From Eimeria praecox (Eukaryota): a stretch of DNA of 64,000 nucleotides. A program made the position numbers and the translations under genes. The notes beneath the pieces are model-generated. The model saw only the letters and a program-made list of their open reading frames with translations. It was not told the origin of the DNA and did not search any database. Of this stretch, positions 10,733 through 24,400 are shown piece by piece. The stretch covers positions 124,001 through 188,000 of the forward strand of contig OY986949.1 in the NCBI GenBank assembly GCA_963920595.1. The letters run 5' to 3'. The first letter of the stretch is position 1. The number at the start of each line of letters is the position of its first letter.

Positions 10733-13700
10733 CTTTAACCAGGTGGCCAGCTCGAAGACGCGTGAGCAACACATTCATGAACTGCATATGCTCCGAACGC
10801 AAAACAGCTCGAATAACGCCGCCAAATCCAAGCCATCCTCCTGTACTACGAGTCCCCCTGCCTTTTGCGTTGTCCAGTAGGTACAACAGGAACGACTGGT
10901 TCCATGTTCCTTCATGCAGGTGCCAGTAGAATTTACACAATTTCCATTGGCCGCGGTGTCCACCGAGGCCCGCTGCTGTTCTTTGCGCCCTAAACATAAC
11001 TGTCATCAGCCGCATATAGACTGGCCGTCAACACTTTAGGCGTTTGAGACAAGTCATCATGTGGGTGCTGTTGTCTTCTACCACGCAATGCGCTCCTCAT
11101 ACACTGCACATACACTGCTCCACTGGCTCATTAACGCCATTTGTAATGTAAGAGTGCGTCTAATAAAGTGTACCGCAGGGGCGAAGCACCAAGTCCCAAC
11201 TGCTACCGAAGACGAGGACGGTTAACAGAAAAACGAACCCCCACTCCCTTGCGCACTGCAACTTCATAAATCTGCACTCCTTCGCAAGTGCATTCATGCT
11301 TGTCACCATACTTCCTAAATAGTAGGATTGCCCACAACCGCGCTCAGCAGAAGGTATGATTTTAGGCAAATAATTGCTGGCAAGACCAGGGAGCAAATAC
11401 AACACAAGAGGAGACATCGCCTACTCATGGATGCATATATGTGAATGGGTGAATAGTGGTTGAGTTGCAGTGTGAGTAAATGTGGAAGTATATTTTCGTT
11501 TATTTGTGTCCGGCAATTTGTGTGCTGGCTCCTGCGGCAGCGAACACGCAAATTGCAGAGCCGTACACTCCTCATACATGCTGGTCAGCTAGCTGCCCGC
11601 CAAATACTGCATGTTTCCCTGTTCCCCGATGTGTACGGCTTCAAGCAGAGTAAGCAAATCCACCGCAAACTTAATAATAGCTGCAGGACGATGGAGCTGG
11701 CCGCATGGGGAACCCTTGTCGAATTCACTGGTGTTGGAGAACTATTCCAAACGACTAGGGCACATCGCGTAAGTGCAGAGAACTTGCTTCCCGCTTGTTA
11801 TTTCATCCTATTAGGATGAATTATTATAGACACGTTGCCGTGAAGTGAAGAACCCCAACGTATATCAGCCACAAGTTCATGAATTGGGTCGGCGGCGACT
11901 AAGACAGCCGACTAATCGCCCAAAAACACAAACGCAAGCTAGCGTTAACGGATCCGCTTTCGCTTGTTGCACCCAAAGCTAAAAATGAACAGCAGGTCCA
12001 CCCTTGTTTACTGGAAACGCCATTAAAATCCACAGTGCGTGCTGGCTTCATCGTCGGCTGAGGATCCCAATCGCTATTCGCGACCTCTCCAAAGCAGCTA
12101 CAACCTTACAGAACTGTTCCCTTTCTCTCTCTGGCAAGTGCATTCGAGTGCTACGAGCAGTTGTTCACGCGATGGCGAACTCACGCTAGGCTCAGTGCTC
12201 AGTGCTGTGTACGAACTGCATTTACGCCGAACTCAAAGACGCTTGACGAATCGTCCCGACCTAGAAATGCCCACCCGCACTAACGGTTCCGCTTTCTACT
12301 GTGCTGCCCTATATGCGTACAGTGAGATACGGATCCCTCGTTCTTCCGCGCAAGCGTTATGCAGGTTTGAATAGTTCATTTTAACCGTGCAAGAGCCCGC
12401 GTCCTCTCCATCCTCACCTCCTCCGCAGAACGCCTATCAGTATACGCATCATACACAACTGGGCTGGTCCGCAAAGGCCTCCAAACAGTTAAAATAAATT
12501 GGCTGCCCCATACAACTTTATTGCTATCCTACAGCTTGTCACAAGCCATCTCACAAACGCATTGTACCCCACTGAAACATCTCGCTTCAGGTGCTTCCGA
12601 AGAAAGGCAGGGCTAAAGAAAAGTCACCTCCCGCACCTTAATGCAACTTCACAAGTATCCACGCACGCAAAGATATACTTCCCCGTCTGGTCGCATACAA
12701 TCTGAAGCGTTACAGGCCCCAGAACCACGCCTACCAGATAATTTGCGTTAAGGGTAATGCGTGCTAGGCAGAGAAGCACTCGACACCAGCGCCAGAGAAA
12801 GCCTCGCCACATCCATCCCGCACAGGCACGAAAGAAACTGAATAGGCCACGAAGATCGCTCATGCAGGGCCCTTAGCTTTCCGCCAATTGCATCCTATAT
12901 ACTGCTACGAACACAGGGAGCGGCTTTGTAGCAGGGCAAGCCAGGGCAAGCGGATCAAACCCAGGTTCTATACCAACTGCAGGACCCTGAAGCTGGTTGA
13001 GTGGGGCAATCTGGTCAAATGTACTCTCCTCGCCGTACGCCTCCCGCCCGCTTCTACTTACTATGTTCTAGTGCTGAATACACTATGTCGTGAGACATGT
13101 AGATCTGCCCGGCATGATTGAGACACTGATATGTTGCAGACGCTTCCGAGATAAAACACCTAGGCTAACTGCTACATGCAAACGCTCAATGCCAGTCATA
13201 GTCTAGCCTGTAAAACAGTAGTATCCATAACAGCGCCAAGAACATCCACTTGCTACCAAGTACATACCTTCTGGGCACAGCAGCGCTTGATCGCAGCGCC
13301 ACAAGAAAGCTTTGCCACATTGCGGGCACAGACACGCGCGCACAAAGTGCATTTAGCTAGCTGCACGGGACGTTCCCGTCATGACATGGTTCTTTTTCGA
13401 AGATCGACCATAATCCCAAGTTTCCAAGACAAGAAAGCCTTCCACACATGTGGAGTAAGGCGCAGTATATCCCGTTGGCTCCTCTTGGCTATGGAAAACC
13501 GATAGACTCTGCGTAGAGATGGATTGTTCGAGAGAGTGCAAGCCACGCATGCATAAATTATACATTTTCCCGAGCAAAACGCAGCCTACCTAATCTCGCC
13601 AAACCACGCGCCTACGCCTTCTCAACGGCTTCCACCTCTTTTTGCAAGCGCCACGAGTATTTGGACATCTTCTGTTAGCCGCGGCATCGTCCATAGCACA

Positions 13701-16700
13701 CCTTTTGCTTTGCTCGGCCTGCGCAAAACAACTGCCACGAGGCACTCGGATGATCACTAAAGCTACCCAACGCACGATGCGAAACACCGCACCCTCGTTG
13801 CTGCCATCCATCTTCTACTGGCCTTTCATACACTGCTTGGACAATTTTGTTTCAAAAGGAACTCTCCTTCGCTTCACACGATATTTTCATATACGGCACT
13901 GGAAGCTAATTATGTGCATACTTCCTGGCCGAAGCAGCGTGGAACCGCAGCGGCGAAATAGGTTTCATACACATTGAGCTCGAGAGCGAGCGACCACAGC
14001 CTGCATTATTCCATGATGCTCTGCCAAGCACTGCGTATAATCCTGTCCGCAGGGGGAAATGGGGCTGATTTTAGCCAGGGCAGTCGAACCAAGGGAAAAA
14101 TCAATATCAATCAAGTGCAAAGTAATGCAGCCTACTCCATGGGGCTTCTGCAATTTGTTTCCCCTTGAAAGACCAACTATAGTAGGACAGGTTAGAGGCA
14201 CCGAAGGTATGCTACGCACGTGAAGTGCAGTACGCGCTGCATCGCGCTCGCTTCTGACAATGATGGGAACGTGGAAGGAACACCTGCAGATGACTAGCTC
14301 GGAGAGGTATGGCACCTTCCCCGAAAACAAAAAAGCAGCTTAACGAATCTTATCAAAGCAGAAGAGCAAACCTCCACGACAAGTTCCGATTTCTTCTGTG
14401 CTGTCCAATAGCTACGCAGTCGACGACGGGTTCCGCGTTTCGTTGTGCAAGAGCCATTACTATTTCCACAGTTCTTTTTGGACAAGCGGCCAGCAGCGAC
14501 CTGGCCTTTGCTATCCCCGCCCTCCGTATAACAGCCACCATGCTACACAACCGGGCTAATCGTGAATACTGCTAAATGCTCACCACAAATCACCGCATAG
14601 TCGCTCGTGTCTCCTACCACGCTTTAAGCTCCACAAATACTGTGCCATCAATTCCCTTGCATTGTTTGTATTATCGGACGCTGCCGTACAAATCAGAAAC
14701 ACGTCTTGCAATAAAGCCCAAAGGAGCGCATAGCCCAAGCAAGAGCAGATGTTATGGATCATCACACGGCAAACGGGTAATCTTGAAAGCATGTACATGT
14801 ATATCCATACCTGTCACCAGAGGGCCTGAATCCTAACCCATATCCCTACGCGCACCGACCAAATGGGTTTGTTTCTAAATGCGTACCTTCTGGGTAATAT
14901 GTCAGGCAGCCGCACAGCCAGAGAAGGTTTCTGTATGACGCGCACACAGAAGCTGCACAAAACCCACAATGCTCGCGCAAGCGCTCCGGATCCCCGCCCC
15001 AAGGCAGGTAACCACCAAACCTCAAGCTTAATGTCAAATGCAGGGTGATGCAATTGGCTGCCTGATACGTTCTCGCCAAACGGCTACTTTTAGGGGGACC
15101 AAAGACAGCCGAAAATGTTCGAGGTCACTGGGATGGATCACATTTGCGGGACGGCTTGTTCCCCCTCTTCCACCGCCGACTATTTTCTATTACTATGAAT
15201 AGTTCGACGCGAAATGCCAAGAGACCAAGGCACACAATCATCCGTTGCATCTATTCCGAGCGCAATACAGCCTAAAATATCGTGCTAAAAACAGATCCAC
15301 CCGCCTGCGCTCCAGGGCAGCTTCCTTTGTGTTGCCCAGTACCCGCGCAACGAGCTTCAAGTACCTTATTCTTTTGTGCAAGTGCTATGCGTATTTACAC
15401 AGCTGGCGCCGACTTTGCCGTCAGCCACCGCCAGCGCTCTTGACTCCCATCCCCCGCCAAGCAGCTACCATCACACATAGCAGGACTACTCGCCAATCCC
15501 GCTTAGCATTTTTCACAAACCAGCCCGTCGTCGCTCCGCTTGGTCTCAAATCAACCCAGTCTGCTGCCCTGCTGCCTTATACCACGCCCTGAGCTGCACA
15601 TATATTGCCTCACCACAATATTGAGATAGTTTGACTTGTCGCACTATGCCGCACAAGCGCATACTGCCGCACCGAAATATCCCGCTCCAGCAACCTCCAA
15701 AGAAAAGAACAGCTAAAGAAACACAACCTCCCGCACCTCCTCAGGGTATCTTCTTAAGTGTACACCCATGCGCTTATAAATATTCTTGCCTGCTCCCATA
15801 CAATCTGAAACGTAACAGTACCCTTAACTGCTCCTGCCAGATAATTTGCGTTAGGGGCAATACGTGTTAGGCAGAGTAGGGCGTGGCAACAGCACTAGAG
15901 AAAGCTTTGTAGCATCAACCATAGGCAAGCAAACAGACACCATAAAGCACGGTGCACGAGCATGCAGGACCCATAGCTGTGCAGGAAATGCTGCCTATAT
16001 GCTGCTGCCGGCAGACGGAACAAATTTGTAACAGGGCAACCGGACCAGCTCCTCTGAAAGCCATTTGTATGTCGATACAGGTGAGTGCGGGGACTCGCTG
16101 GTCAAATATATTCTCGTTGATGATTAACGGCATTCCTAACTGTTCGAGACGTTCAGGAAACAGCGCGAGTGAACAGGCCGGCAGTTTGCTTCCAGCTCGC
16201 CTCTGCCAAATGTGCTGGAGTGCTCTGAACACCTTATCTCAAGATGCCTGGTCTGATAAGGCACTGACAACGTATTCGTACGTTCGGGATACTGGGAGCA
16301 CAAAACAGCCTAACTACTCTCCCCAAAGCAGAACCACCAGCTCGCGGCAACGGTCCTGCACTCTTTTCTGCAATCAAATAGCTGCATGAAGAGGTAAATG
16401 TTCCGCTGTATTACACACCCAGGCTGGCTACCAGTGCTACTCAAAGTTAGACACAAACTACCGAACAGTCTTTGTTGCGTCCTACCACTAATTGCGCTGC
16501 TCATGCACTGCCTCACTAATTCACCATATCGTTGAGCTGACACTCCGGCGCCCGTAGATATCGCAAAAGAATTCCCATTGCTTTTCACCACACATTGCCA
16601 TAAAGCTTTATGCATTCGCATATACATCCATACCTGGTTTCAGACAGCCTAGAACCCAAATGCACTTATAACTGAGCCCGCAACATAAATTTCTTTCAGG

Positions 16701-19700
16701 CGTGCCAAACGTCTTACAAACTGCAGTAGTTCCTAACCTTCATATCGCCGCAACCCTAACAGGTAATTATAGGCGTACTTTCTTACCAGAACGACGCGGG
16801 ATCGCAATGCCACATGAGGACCCAACGCGTCCGCAAACATGCGCACGCAAAATGTACAACCGCGCATTACTCACACGGACAGGTCTGCCACCTCCCCACC
16901 AAATGCTGCATTTTGTGCCACTGGCAGACAGCGCGAACCAAAATGTTGCAGCTTGCTGCATGGGAAGTCCTCCTTCAAACCCTTCTTGTTGTTCGGCTAA
17001 CGATAATGGAAAATTCTGCATACGAAGAAGACGCATCATGGACGCAGGCAAGAGTGCACTGCAACAGGCATGCCGATAATGCACATGAAAAGGTGCAATG
17101 GACACACTACAGCAAGTGGACTATCCCAAAGGCATATCGGCGAGGCGCCCCCTAAGAACAACGGCTCCCCGATATTCCTAATCACAACGGCCCCTGCAAC
17201 AAAACAGCTTAGCGAAGCTTGCCATACGAGAAATATCTGCTCGCACTACGAGCTCCGCTTCCTTTTATGCCAATCGATACTTAGACAATGAGATACGGGT
17301 TCTGCCGTCAGTCGTGAAAGAGGCATGAGGCTTTAGACAATTTCTGTTAGCAGCGCCTTCCGTAGCAGCTAGCTCTTAGCCATTAGCGTCGTCCGCGCAG
17401 CAGCTAGCAGCACGCATAACCGCCTCAAGCGCCAATCCTGCTGAGCCTTTGATAGTAATCACCAAGCAATCGATATTGGCTCCTACCACGTATTGCGTTG
17501 CAGATATACTGCCTCATCAGTTTGCTCTCATCGCTTGGCAGATACTGTTTCGCACACCCACATCGCAACGCTGAAGCAATGCACCGAAGGAGTAATCCCC
17601 AAAGCCCCCACTTCTCCTCACACAGCAAATCCACATATTGGCATGCAGGAAGATATACACCCATGCCTGCCACTAGACACCCCATAGTGATAGTTACTCG
17701 TCCGGTGCAGGTGACTCGGCGTCAGTGTGCGTACTTTCTTAGGAAAATAACGCGCGTTGGCAATGCCAAAAACAGGTTCTCAACATTGCGGCGAGTGCTC
17801 CGACAGCCGCATTACGGCCGTCGAAGCGCTCACAAAAAGTGCGTAAACCCACCATGCTCACCGATGTAAATCCCCGAGAGCCAAGCCAAATACCACGTAT
17901 ACTCCCATAGGCAAGCGGTGTTGATTTCAAGGGTGGCAAGCAGCTTAAGCTTAATCTCAATGCCAACTGCAGAAAACTGTGGATTGCTCTTGTCCTAGAG
18001 GCATCCTTTCTTGAGAGGAGGCGAATGAAAAAGATAATATTCGAGAAGGTCGGGAAGCATCGTATGCCTGCAGGCGAGGCCGTGCTTCGCGTTTGTCTAT
18101 TCCTACTGTACCCGAGTACCACGAACACTTTGCCATGAGCCGTTGTGACCCAACGAATGCCAGTGACGGAGTCGTACTTCGCAGCTAGCCTAGCTAATAG
18201 CACAGTCGCATTAACGCAAGCTTGCACTATGGGTTCTGTTTCCTCCTGTGCTACAAAAATTGCTGCACAGCGATCTACACGTTCCGCGCTCTTTATCCAG
18301 CGCAATTTGCATTTAAACAATCTTTGCTGACAGTGTTGCCTTTCGCTACTTGGGTCCTTCGCAAGGCAACTACCGCCCTGGAAAGCTGCGTGAATCGCTA
18401 ATGCTACCTAACGCCTGGTACAACTTGCAGGTCAGTTGCTGCTGCTGCTGCCCCCTACCACGTGTTGTGCTCCGCATGCGCTGTGACACCATTTAACTGA
18501 AATTGTTTTGAGTGTCAGACTCTCACTCGCAAACGTGCCTGGCACCGCCGAAACACCTGGCTAGCTCCAGTAGGTATGCAAAAATAACAGAGCTCAAGCA
18601 AAACGAAATAACACCCTTTCCCATACTGCCATCCCACAAATGTGTCCGCACGAAGATAAACACCCGCGCCTGCCACGGAACACCGTGAAACCCAACAGTA
18701 CCCATAAACACCCCATGCAGATGATTGTTTTTAAAGGCATACGCTCTGGGCAAGCAACCGCGAGATCATGAAACCCCAAAGTCTTAGGTGACCAGCGGAG
18801 GGCAGAAAAATGCAGCAAATCCACAACACAAATCACACACAAGTCGCACACACACAGGTTTTCTAGCTCTCCGCCAAGTACACGCTATACTTTTACAGGC
18901 AGAAAACGCGATATCAAGCAGAGCAAGGCAATCAAGCGCATGCCTAATAACTGCTGTACAAAAATGCAGCTAGCTGCATTGGACAAATAGGACCCCTTCT
19001 TGTTGGAACCCCAACAATAACGTGAAATGTTCACGACGGATAAAGCGTATCATGTAAGCCAAATAAGGTGTACTGTGTCATATTAACCTCTCCGCAAAAC
19101 AGAAACGTACCACAAACACCCTGCAGCAAGATATTTAACCCCAAAATGTAAGAATGACGCCTTTGACGCATTCATGAAATGCACCGACGCCAGAACACAA
19201 ACCAACCCCGGCAAATATCCCCAAATCAGAAAAGCCCACGTGCAGTATGAGCTCCTCTTGCCTTCGTCTTAGATTGCCCAGAAACCACCGAGCGAGCCCA
19301 ATATTACAAGCTTTTCCATGCAGTTGCCATGAGTGTTTGCAGATTTCACGTTGTCCAGGCCTCCTGCGCCGGCCTGACTTTGCTCCTTGTGCTACAGCGT
19401 TCTCTGCAGAACACCTACCGATAACAAACATCAGGGGTAATCGCCATTCCTTCGCATCATTTGACACAAATCACTGCGTAGGCGATGTTACCTCATGCCG
19501 CGCACTGCGCTGCACATATGCTGCCTCACGAACGCATTAGCATCGCTTGTTAGGCCAGAATCTGTCTCGCAAATGCGTCTCGCGCAGTCGAACACCCCAA
19601 CTCCGTAGATATTACAAACCAGCAGAGGCAAACGAAAATGAAGTCCTAGTCCATTTCAAAATGCAAATACATTAATGAGCAAATATACATACGCGTTTTT

Positions 19701-21466
19701 CCATGCCCACCATCAGACAGCCTCAGACGCAAATGCGAGAAAATGCTGCTAGTGCTTCATACGTTCTACAAACTGATCTCGCCGCTACGCGTTCCGCATT
19801 TCCAAACACATGGCAGCTAATTATATGCATACCTCCTGGGCAGAAAGGCATTTGAGAGTAAGGCCAAAGCAGGGTTCGCCATGGTGCGCCTGTAAACGAT
19901 CGCAGACAAACTCCAAACCCGCAAACCGCAACGTGCTCATGCAGGCTGACCCCCTAACTCTCCACCAAATGCTGCGTGTGCTCCTACTTAGACGATATTG
20001 ATTTTCAACGCAGCCGCCGAAACCGACGAAAGCATAGAAACGGCAAAACGGTGCATATGGCTGCATATGGCTTCTGTGTAGAGTTACTGTCCGTTGGAAA
20101 CCCATTGGGGTCTTGGAGGTTTCATTATAGAGAAGGCAAAATGGTGATGCACTACATATAATATTTATATACTCAATAGTGGAACAGTTGTATATGAAGC
20201 AATAATAACTACTGTGCTATAAAACAAGTGAGGCAATCATAAACAACGCCTAGAACGTTCTTTCTGCAAATACGGCATACTCGTATCGGCAGGCAGGAGC
20301 TAATTTCAACCATAGTAACCAAAACCAAAACAACCACAGGACCAACTGCAAGACTATGCAGCTGGCTGCATGCACGTGCTTGTCGAACCGCTGTTTGCTA
20401 CAAAGCCGACGAGAACCAGAGCAACCCAGACGAACGCTTATGGCTGCTGTGAGCCGACATGTGCGTTACCACGCTCGAATCTGATTATGGAGAAGCTCTG
20501 CGAACCCCCTAGCACGCACGAAATGGTTAGATCGGACGACCATCCGTGAGACACAGGTCATTTTCGCCGATTTCGAAAACGAAATAATACAAGTAATATC
20601 AACAAACCACAAGCATCCGTCCGCAGAAAAATTGCCTCTGCCTTTGGAGCAAAAGCCACCAAGACCTGGATTTGCATTATTCTTGTTGGCTGCGTCGTCG
20701 TCCTTAGCCGCCACTCGCCATTATCGTCCTCACCTAACACTGGCATAACGGATTGGTATAACCGAACCAATCGCCAGTGTTACTCAACGTGACGCAACTT
20801 ACCATGCTGTCTCAGTTCCTGCCTACCATGGGTTCAATTCTGCATAAAATGAGCCACCAACTCAACGGTTCGCAGTGCCAGACTCTATCCTGCAAACGCA
20901 TCTCCAAGCGTCGAAACACCCCGCTATACTAGATACGAAAGAAGAGCGAATCTGAAGCAGAACTAGCTCCCACGTCTTCTCACAGTGCGATTTCGCATAT
21001 AGGTAAGCTTGAAGATACACATTCACTGTCACCAAACGGCGTGAAAAGCAATAGTACCCATCAGCATCCCTTGCAGATGACTCTACCTCAAAGGGCATAC
21101 TTCCTGGGCAGCATAGAGCGCAATCGAAAAGCCCAAAAAGCCTCCGCCACACCACGCCCCCAGTGGAGCGCAAGAAAAGCGGTCTATCCAAAAGCGACCG
21201 ACAGATGCAGGTCCCGTAGCCCTCCTCCAAAATGCTATGGATTGTCTTATAGGCAGATGGAGTAGATTTGAACCGGTACAGGCGAACCAAGCGTAAGCCC
21301 AACACCAACTACAAAACGAGACAGCTTGCTGCATGCAGCGCCTAGGCTTGCTCTTTGTTCGAAGAACAATGAATGCAGTAGACGCAGAAGGTTTGTAGGT
21401 CATCTGAAATAAGGCGTGCTATGCCACGGTAACGTCTGACGATTTTGAGAAATTGCCATGAACACC
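10733..21466. repeat. HOR-A copy 2 (10,734 bp)
   Basis: Near-identical to copies 1 and 3 over the aligned length, with scattered SNPs and two clustered difference patches versus copy 1. Confidence 0.97.
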
Positions 21467-24400
21467 CTTTAACCAGGTGGCCAGCTCGAAGACGCGTGAG
21501 CAACACATTCATGAACTGCATATGCTCCGAACGCAAAACAGCTCGAATAACGCCGCCAAATCCAAGCCATCCTCCTGTACTACGAGTCCCCCTGCCTTTT
21601 GCGTTGTCCAGTAGGTACAACAGGAACGACTGGTTCCATGTTCCTTCATGCAGGTGCCAGTAGAATTTACACAATTTCCATTGGCCGCGGTGTCCACCGA
21701 GGCCCGCTGCTGTTCTTTGCGCCCTAAACATAACTGTCATCAGCCGCATATAGACTGGCCGTCAACACTTTAGGCGTTTGAGACAAGTCATCATGTGGGT
21801 GCTGTTGTCTTCTACCACGCAATGCGCTCCTCATACACTGCACATACACTGCTCCACTGGCTCATTAACGCCATTTGTAATGTAAGACTGCCTCTAATAA
21901 AGTGTACCGCAGGGGCGAAGCACCAAGTCCCAACTGCTACCGAAGACGAGGACGGTTAACAGAAAAACGAACCCCCACTCCCTTGCGCACTGCAACTTCA
22001 TAAATCTGCACTCCTTCGCAAGTGCATTCATGCTTGTCACCATACTTCCTAAATAGTAGGATTGCCCACAACCGCGCTCAGCAGAAGGTATGATTTTAGG
22101 CAAATAATTGCTGGCAAGACCAGGGAGCAAATACAACACAAGAGGAGACATCGCCTACTCATGGATGCATATATGTGAATGGGTGAATAGTGGTTGAGTT
22201 GCAGTGTGAGTAAATGTGGAAGTATATTTTCGTTTATTTGTGTCCGGCAATTTGTGTGCTGGCTCCTGCGGCAGCGAACACGCAAATTGCAGAGCCGTAC
22301 ACTCCTCATACATGCTGGTCAGCTAGCTGCCCGCCAAATACTGCATGTTTCCCTGTTCCCCGATGTGTACGGCTTCAAGCAGAGTAAGCAAATCCACCGC
22401 AAACTTAATAATAGCTGCAGGACGATGGAGCTGGCCGCATGGGGAACCCTTGTCGAATTCACTGGTGTTGGAGAACTATTCCAAACGACTAGGGCACATC
22501 GCGTAAGTGCAGAGAACTTGCTTCCCGCTTGTTATTTCATCCTATTAGGATGAATTATTATAGACACGTTGCCGTGAAGTGAAGAACCCCAACGTATATC
22601 AGCCACAAGTTCATGAATTGGGTCGGCGGCGACTAAGACAGCCGACTAATCGCCCAAAAACACAAACGCAAGCTAGCGTTAACGGATCCGCTTTCGCTTG
22701 TTGCACCCAAAGCTAAAAATGAACAGCAGGTCCACCCTTGTTTACTGGAAACGCCATTAAAATCCACAGTGCGTGCTGGCTTCATCGTCGGCTGAGGATC
22801 CCAATCGCTATTCGCGACCTCTCCAAAGCAGCTACAACCTTACAGAACTGTTCCCTTTCTCTCTCTGGCAAGTGCATTCGAGTGCTACGAGCAGTTGTTC
22901 ACGCGATGGCGAACTCACGCTAGGCTCAGTGCTCAGTGCTGTGTACGAACTGCATTTACGCCGAACTCAAAGACGCTTGACGAATCGTCCCGACCTAGAA
23001 ATGCCCACCCGCACTAACGGTTCCGCTTTCTACTGTGCTGCCCTATATGCGTACAGTGAGATACGGATCCCTCGTTCTTCCGCGCAAGCGTTATGCAGGT
23101 TTGAATAGTTCATTTTAACCGTGCAAGAGCCCGCGTCCTCTCCATCCTCACCTCCTCCGCAGAACGCCTATCAGTATACGCATCATACACAACTGGGCTG
23201 GTCCGCAAAGGCCTCCAAACAGTTAAAATAAATTGGCTGCCCCATACAACTTTATTGCTATCCTACAGCTTGTCACAAGCCATCTCACAAACGCATTGTA
23301 CCCCACTGAAACATCTCGCTTCAGGTGCTTCCGAAGAAAGGCAGGGCTAAAGAAAAGTCACCTCCCGCACCTTAATGCAACTTCACAAGTATCCACGCAC
23401 GCAAAGATATACTTCCCCGTCTGGTCGCATACAATCTGAAGCGTTACAGGCCCCAGAACCACGCCTACCAGATAATTTGCGTTAAGGGTAATGCGTGCTA
23501 GGCAGAGAAGCACTCGACACCAGCGCCAGAGAAAGCCTCGCCACATCCATCCCGCACAGGCACGAAAGAAACTGAATAGGCCACGAAGATCGCTCATGCA
23601 GGGCCCTTAGCTTTCCGCCAATTGCATCCTATATACTGCTACGAACACAGGGAGCGGCTTTGTAGCAGGGCAAGCCAGGGCAAGCGGATCAAACCCAGGT
23701 TCTATACCAACTGCAGGACCCTGAAGCTGGTTGAGTGGGGCAATCTGGTCAAATGTACTCTCCTCGCCGTACGCCTCCCGCCCGCTTCTACTTACTATGT
23801 TCTAGTGCTGAATACACTATGTCGTGAGACATGTAGATCTGCCCGGCACGATTGAGACACTGATATGTTGCAGACGCTTCCGAGATAAAACACCTAGGCT
23901 AACTGCTACATGCAAACGCTCAATGCCAGTCATAGTCTAGCCTGTAAAACAGTAGTATCCATAACAGCGCCAAGAACATCCACTTGCTACCAAGTACATA
24001 CCTTCTGGGCACAGCAGCGCTTGATCGCAGCGCCACAAGAAAGCTTTGCCACATTGCGGGCACAGACACGCGCGCACAAAGTGCATTTAGCTAGCTGCAC
24101 GGGACGTTCCCGTCATGACATGGTTCTTTTTCGAAGATCGACCATAATCCCAAGTTTCCAAGACAAGAAAGCCTTCCACACATGTGGAGTAAGGCGCAGT
24201 ATATCCCGTTGGCTCCTCTTGGCTATGGAAAACCGATAGACTCTGCGTAGAGATGGATTGTTCGAGAGAGTGCAAGCCACGCATGCATAAATTATACATT
24301 TTCCCGAGCAAAACGCAGCCTACCTAATCTCGCCAAACCACGCGCCTACGCCTTCTCAACGGCTTCCACCTCTTTTTGCAAGCGCCACGAGTATTTGGAC